Of a DNA stretch of 64,000 bases, positions 59,086 to 64,000 are shown one piece after another. The translations under genes were made by a program, and so were the position numbers. Source of the stretch: Candidatus Methanomethylophilaceae archaeon (GTDB taxonomy: Archaea > Thermoplasmatota > Thermoplasmata > Methanomassiliicoccales > Methanomethylophilaceae); NCBI GenBank assembly GCA_963643445.1, contig CAVIJO010000002.1, forward strand, positions 44,201-108,200, given 5' to 3'. The notes under the pieces were generated by a model. That model searched no databases. It saw nothing but the letters and a program-made list of their open reading frames with translations, and had not been told where the DNA came from. Numbering within the stretch: position 1 is the first letter of the stretch; every line of letters starts with the position of its first letter.

Positions 59086-61917
59086 TCACTCGCCTCCGTC
59101 ATAGTCGCCGCCGTCGTCGTAATCGGTGCTCTCCTCGTCTCCGTCGGAGTCGAAGTCGTCCTCTCCGAGCCCCTCGAGATCTTTCTCGCGGGCTCCGTAG
59201 TCATCTCCGCTGTTCTCCTTCTGGTCGACGTTGAGCAGCTTGTCTGCGTCGTCGCCGAGGACCTCCGCCAGGAGGTCGTTGATGTCGATCGCCTTTCCGC
59301 GGACGGCACGGGACGGGTCTATCCCGTCCTCTCCGTACCTGAACTGGACGATCGTTCCGACGGTGTTCCTGACGGTGCCGTCGGAAGTCAGTTTGAGGTC
59401 CTCGAGTGCGGAGATCAGACGCCTCTGCATGTATCCGGACCTCGAAGTCCTGACCGCAGTATCGACCAGTCCCTCTCTTCCTCCCATTGCGTGGAAGAAG
59501 AACTCGGTGGGGCTGAGTCCGCTCTTGTAGGAGTCGGAGCAGAATCCCCTGGCGTATGCGCCCAGGTCTCCCTTGTGGAAGTGGGGCAGGGTCCTGTCCC
59601 AGTATCCTCTTGCGATCCTCTCACCACGGACGGCCTGCTGTCCGACGCAACCCGCCATCTGGGACAGGTTGAGCATCGAACCGCGGGCTCCGGTCTTCGC
59701 CATGATGACGGCGGGGTTGGACATACCCAGGTAGTTACCCGCGATGGTACCTGCCTGGTCACGGGCTCCTGCGAGGGTGCTCATGATATTGACCTCGAGG
59801 GTATCCCTCAGGGACCTTCCGGGCATCTCGGCGAGGGTTCCCTCGCGGTAGGAGCTGACGAGGTCGTCCACCTTCTGGATGCACTCAGAGCTGTTGGTGT
59901 TGATCTGGTCGACGGCCTGCAGGGGGATATCCTCGTCGGAGATACCGGTGGAGAATCCGTGGTCCATGATCGCACCGAGGGCGAGCCTCGTGACCTCGTT
60001 GAGGAACTTGGCGGCGCGGTCCGCTCCGTAGTCGCGGGCGATGCGCTCGAGGATCTTTCCCTTGCTGTTCCCGATACCTTTCTCGTCGATGGTTCCCATG
60101 AGGAGCTGTCCGTTGCGGATCTTCACGTATCCGTCCCAGGGGCACTCCTCCTTCTTGCAGGCGCCCTGGCACTGGCACACGGCGGCCTTGTAGGTGATGT
60201 TGAAGTCGGGGGGCAGGAGGAGGGAGAACAGCTGTTTCCCGGTCCAATAGGGCTTCCCGTTCTCATCGGTGCCGGCGGGCTCGGGGACCTTGACATCCGG
60301 GAGCTTCAGGAGGATGTTCATGGCCTCGTAGCGGTCGAAGTGGGGTCCTCCGTCCTTACCGTGGGTGAGGAAGTAGGCTCCGGTGATGTGATCGTGGATA
60401 CCTCCGATGATAGGTCCTCCGTACCTCGGGGAGAGGATGTTCTCCTGGACCTGCATGAGGATACGCGCCTCTGCGCGGGCCTCGTCGGACTGGAGGACGT
60501 GGAGGTTCATCTCATCGCCGTCGAAGTCGGCGTTGTAGGGTGCGCAGACGCAGAGGTTGAACCTGAAGGTGCGTCCGGGCATGACCCTCACACGGTGGGC
60601 CATGATGGACATCCTATGCAGCGAAGGCTGCCTGTTGAACAGGACGACGTCGCCGTCGACGAGCTGCCTCTCGACGGTGTAGTCGATCTCGAGACCCTCG
60701 GCGACCTCGGCCGCGTTGTGGTCGGTGACCCTGATCCTCCTTCCGTCGGACCTGATGACGTAGTTGGCGCCGGGCTTGTAGCCGTCGGTCTCGTCGGGGG
60801 CGGGTCCGCGGGATACGAGTTCCCTCATCAGGTCGATGTTGTGCTCGTTCACGTGGACGGGGACGGTGAGTTCCCTGGCCGCGATGATGGGCACCCCGAC
60901 GTCGTTGATGGACAGGTTGGGGTCGGGCGAGATTACGGTACGGGCCGAGAAGTTGACACGCTTACCGGACAGGTTGGATCTGAAACGTCCCTCCTTTCCC
61001 TTCAGCCTCTGGGCGAGGGTCTTCAGCGGACGGCCGGACCTGTGCCTCGCAGGCGGGATGCCGGACGTCTGGTTGTCGAAGTAGGTGGTGACGTGATACT
61101 GCAGGAGTTCCCACAGATCCTCGACGATCAGCTGGGGTGCTCCCGCGTCACGGTTCTCCCTGAGCCTCTGGTTGATCCTGAGGACGTCGACCAGCTTGTG
61201 GGTGAGGTCGTCCTCGGACCTGTCTCCGGAGTCGAGGGTGATGGAAGGCCTGACCGTCACGGGCGGGACGGCGAGGGCGGTGAGGACCATCCACTCGGGC
61301 CTGCAGGTGGCGGGGTCGATACCGAGCGCCCTGAGGTCGTCGTCGGGGATCCTCTCGAGTCTCTCGCGGACCTCTTTGGCGGTCAGTTTGTGGTTGTCGT
61401 TGACCTCCCTGAAGGTGGTGGGCTTGTCGAGTTTGATCTTGATCTGCTCTGCGCCGCAGTAGGGGCAGACGCCTTTGGACGAAGCGTCCTTGACGGTCTC
61501 CTTGCTGTAGAGCTTCTGGTCGATGGTGTCTCCTCCGAGGTCGAGGATGGTGTTCATCCTGTCGAGCCTCGCCTGGATCTCCTCGGCGGGAAGCATCAGC
61601 CTTCCGCAGGAGCGGCAGGTGGATTCGAGCATGAGCTTGATATCCTTGATGAAACCGACGTGGATGACGGGCATGGCGAGGTCGATGTGGCCGAAGTGGC
61701 CGGGACACTCGTCCACCTTGCATCCGCAGGTCTTGCAGCGGAGTCCGGGCTCGATGACACCCATGTGGGGATCCATCAGACCCTGGGTGATGGGATACCC
61801 CTCGTCGTCGTAGGTGTCGGCGGTGATGATCTTCACCGCGGACATCCTCCTGATCTCGTCGGGCGAGACGCAGGAGAATTTGATAGATCCTATCCTCTTG
61901 GTAATACTGTTAATCAT
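59086..61917 (-). CDS. rpoA1: RNA polymerase subunit A' (Rpo1N)
   Basis: [20 protein letters not shown], catalytic [11 protein letters not shown], acidic C-terminal tail. Confidence 0.98.
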   Translation of the reverse strand: MINSITKRIGSIKFSCVSPDEIRRMSAVKIITADTYDDEGYPITQGLMDPHMGVIEPGLRCKTCGCKVDECPGHFGHIDLAMPVIHVGFIKDIKLMLESTCRSCGRLMLPAEEIQARLDRMNTILDLGGDTIDQKLYSKETVKDASSKGVCPYCGAEQIKIKLDKPTTFREVNDNHKLTAKEVRERLERIPDDDLRALGIDPATCRPEWMVLTALAVPPVTVRPSITLDSGDRSEDDLTHKLVDVLRINQRLRENRDAGAPQLIVEDLWELLQYHVTTYFDNQTSGIPPARHRSGRPLKTLAQRLKGKEGRFRSNLSGKRVNFSARTVISPDPNLSINDVGVPIIAARELTVPVHVNEHNIDLMRELVSRGPAPDETDGYKPGANYVIRSDGRRIRVTDHNAAEVAEGLEIDYTVERQLVDGDVVLFNRQPSLHRMSIMAHRVRVMPGRTFRFNLCVCAPYNADFDGDEMNLHVLQSDEARAEARILMQVQENILSPRYGGPIIGGIHDHITGAYFLTHGKDGGPHFDRYEAMNILLKLPDVKVPEPAGTDENGKPYWTGKQLFSLLLPPDFNITYKAAVCQCQGACKKEECPWDGYVKIRNGQLLMGTIDEKGIGNSKGKILERIARDYGADRAAKFLNEVTRLALGAIMDHGFSTGISDEDIPLQAVDQINTNSSECIQKVDDLVSSYREGTLAEMPGRSLRDTLEVNIMSTLAGARDQAGTIAGNYLGMSNPAVIMAKTGARGSMLNLSQMAGCVGQQAVRGERIARGYWDRTLPHFHKGDLGAYARGFCSDSYKSGLSPTEFFFHAMGGREGLVDTAVRTSRSGYMQRRLISALEDLKLTSDGTVRNTVGTIVQFRYGEDGIDPSRAVRGKAIDINDLLAEVLGDDADKLLNVDQKENSGDDYGAREKDLEGLGEDDFDSDGDEESTDYDDGGDYDGGE

Positions 61918-64000
61918 GAGAGGTCCTCCAGCTGAAGTCTCATGGCCACACCCAGCGACAGAAGCTCGTCCATGAGGAGCTTGAAGGCGTAGGATGTCTG
62001 TATGAGATGGATGCTCGAGTTGTTGCCGCAGACGGGGCAGTAGAGCTGTCCCCTCCTGTCCATAATGGCGATGTGTCCGCATGCGGGGTTGCCGCAGACG
62101 TACTGCTGCGTTCCGTCGGACTCGTCGAGCAGACGGTCCTTGATGACCATGGCGGCTCCGTGACCGATGAGACAGTCACGCTCCATTTCTCCGAACCTGA
62201 GACCTCCCTGTCTGGAACGTCCCTCGGTAGGCTGCCTGGTGAGGATCTGGACGGGTCCTCTGGACCTGACATGGAGTTTCCCGCTGACCATGTGGTGCAG
62301 CTTCTCGTAGAAGATGACACCGGTGTAGACCTCGGTCTGGATCATGCGGCCGGTCCTTCCGTCGTACATGATCTCTTTCCCGGTCCTGTTGAATCCGTTC
62401 CTGACGAGTCCGTCCCTGATGGACTCCTCGTTCTCTCCGGAGAAGGCGGTACCGTCGATGGTGCGTCCCTCCATGGATCCGACCTTACCTGCAATCATCT
62501 CGAGCACGTGCCCGACGGTCATACGGGAAGGTATACCGTGGGGGTTGACGACCAGGTCGGGGGTGACACCGTTGGAGGTGAAAGGCATGTCGCACTGGTC
62601 GACGAGCCTTCCGACGACTCCCTTCTGTCCGAACCTGGAGCAGAACTTGTCCCCGAGCTCGGGTATCCTCTCGTCCCTGACCTTGACGCGGACGAGCCTG
62701 GAACCGTTCTCGGACTCGGTGACGATGACGGAGTCTACGAATCCCTTCTCCCCGGGCCTTACGGTGACGGAGGTCTCCCTCCTCTTCTGCGGGGTCAGGA
62801 AGTCGGTCTCCTCCTCGAGGAACCTGGGAGGCGAGGTCTTACCGATGAGGACATCGGATCCCTCGACGTAGGATTCGGGGGATATGAGACCGTCCTCTCC
62901 GAGGGACTGGTACGCCTCGTCGGCGCGGGCGCCGACTATGTCGGGGGAGGGGATCTCGAAGTGGTCCTCCTGTCCTCCGGGGTAGCGGCGTTCCTCGGCG
63001 CGGTAGGATCTCATGAAGGTGGTCCTTCCGAGTCCCCTCTGCACCGAGCTCTTGTTCATGACGATCGCATCCTCGATGTTGTATCCGTGGTAGGAGAGGA
63101 CGGCGATGCAGAAGTTCTGTCCTGCGGGCCTGTACTTGTATCCCATGTAATCCATTGTCTGGGTCTGTACCATCGGGACCTGCGGGTAGTGCATGACATG
63201 TCCGCGGGTGTCGGGCCTGATCCTGTAGTTGGCGGTGGAGATTCCCAGAGCCTGCTTTGCCATTCCGGCACCCATGGTGATACGGGGTGCGGAGTTGTGC
63301 TCGGGGTACGGGACGATTCCGGCGGCGACTCCCAGTATGATCATGGGGTCGACCTCCATGTGGGTGTACTCGGACCTGCCGTCCTCGCCGATGATGTTGC
63401 TGGGGACGTTGAAGTCGCCGTGGCACCACCTGCAGGATAGTTCGCAGAACTTCTCCGCCTTGCCGGGGTTCATCCAGTCGAGGTCGGTCTCGGACAGCGC
63501 GTGTCCGCAGCAGGGGCATCTCCTGGGCATGGTGTAGGGGCGGACGAGCACGAGGGAGTCCTCCTCCTCTTCGGCGTCGAGCCACTCGAGGATACCGTCG
63601 CGGAACAGGTCGTCCCACGAGATCTTGCCCTCGCGGATGCCCTCGATGTGCTTCCTGGTGATGACGGTCCTGCCGTCCTTGAGGACGAGCAGGGGCCTTC
63701 TGAGCCTTCCGTCATCGCAGTTGATGATGACTTCTCCCATCTCGTCGTCGTAGCGGATGTTGATGCTGGAGTTGATGAGTCCGTATCTCCTGCGCTCCCT
63801 GATCTCTCCGACGAGTTTCTCGGGGTCGGGGTAGGTTCCGACGAGGTTCCCGTTCACGAAGACGCGGGTGTCCTCTTCTTTGACGGATGCGAGACCGTAT
63901 TCCTTCAGCATCCTGATGACCTCGGACTCGGGGAACGACTCGGAGACGTCGATGATGAGGGCGGCGTTCTTCACCAGACCGCAGTTCTGTCCCTCGGGGG
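61914..64000 (-). CDS. rpoB: RNA polymerase subunit B (Rpo2), 5' part outside the window
   Basis: [40 protein letters not shown]; frame stays open to the window edge. Confidence 0.97.
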   Translation of the reverse strand, partial: PEGQNCGLVKNAALIIDVSESFPESEVIRMLKEYGLASVKEEDTRVFVNGNLVGTYPDPEKLVGEIRERRRYGLINSSINIRYDDEMGEVIINCDDGRLRRPLLVLKDGRTVITRKHIEGIREGKISWDDLFRDGILEWLDAEEEEDSLVLVRPYTMPRRCPCCGHALSETDLDWMNPGKAEKFCELSCRWCHGDFNVPSNIIGEDGRSEYTHMEVDPMIILGVAAGIVPYPEHNSAPRITMGAGMAKQALGISTANYRIRPDTRGHVMHYPQVPMVQTQTMDYMGYKYRPAGQNFCIAVLSYHGYNIEDAIVMNKSSVQRGLGRTTFMRSYRAEERRYPGGQEDHFEIPSPDIVGARADEAYQSLGEDGLISPESYVEGSDVLIGKTSPPRFLEEETDFLTPQKRRETSVTVRPGEKGFVDSVIVTESENGSRLVRVKVRDERIPELGDKFCSRFGQKGVVGRLVDQCDMPFTSNGVTPDLVVNPHGIPSRMTVGHVLEMIAGKVGSMEGRTIDGTAFSGENEESIRDGLVRNGFNRTGKEIMYDGRTGRMIQTEVYTGVIFYEKLHHMVSGKLHVRSRGPVQILTRQPTEGRSRQGGLRFGEMERDCLIGHGAAMVIKDRLLDESDGTQQYVCGNPACGHIAIMDRRGQLYCPVCGNNSSIHLIQTSYAFKLLMDELLSLGVAMRLQLEDLS

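Noticed and set aside
16012..63440. Long antisense or alternate-frame ORFs (e.g. 16012-17430, 18049-19788, 21012-22607, 41534-43549, 49084-51990, 59065-61935)
   Set aside because: Shadows of well-identified genes caused by high GC3 and stop-codon scarcity; no family motifs
1..64000. CRISPR array or cas genes
   Set aside because: No regularly spaced 25-40-bp repeats with unique spacers; the only short arrays are the 13-bp repeats at 40016-40093 and coding repeats
263..64000. In-frame TAG (pyrrolysine) or TGA (selenocysteine) readthrough genes
   Set aside because: Recognised proteins appear full length at their first stop; no gene split by an amber or opal codon was found

Overview
Gene-dense, GC-rich archaeal chromosomal segment. 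Evidence for Archaea: the rpoB-rpoA'-rpoA''-rpl30e-nusA cluster, gatDE, thermosome, rps17e, RqcH and a giant AglB-like gene. The lineage is most likely Methanomassiliicoccales (Thermoplasmata), inferred from hypB/hypE, a Zn-finger insert in RpoB and the absence of TAG stops. About 57 CDS and 4 intron-less tRNAs (Ser-CGA, Arg-TCG, Thr-GGT, Arg-GCG) are present; no CRISPR array, rRNA, integrase or transposase was seen. The first ~14 kb is accessory and bacterial-like; the rest is mostly housekeeping. Best leads: (1) a non-palindromic motif (CA)TCTGGCACAT repeated far above chance, both between genes and inside genes in three reading phases, resembling a DNA-uptake or chromosome-architecture signal; (2) a translationally coupled GH3 ligase / STAS / MATE-kinase / membrane PP2C-kinase partner-switching operon in an organism with no sigma factors; (3) a five-gene TPR / Zn-ribbon / membrane / helical / SPFH operon whose first gene appears to start at ACG; (4) a 1937-aa AglB homologue lacking the usual catalytic motifs; (5) a ~190-nt structured unit upstream of apt. 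All calls were made by eye from the sequence and recalled family motifs; no database searches were run.
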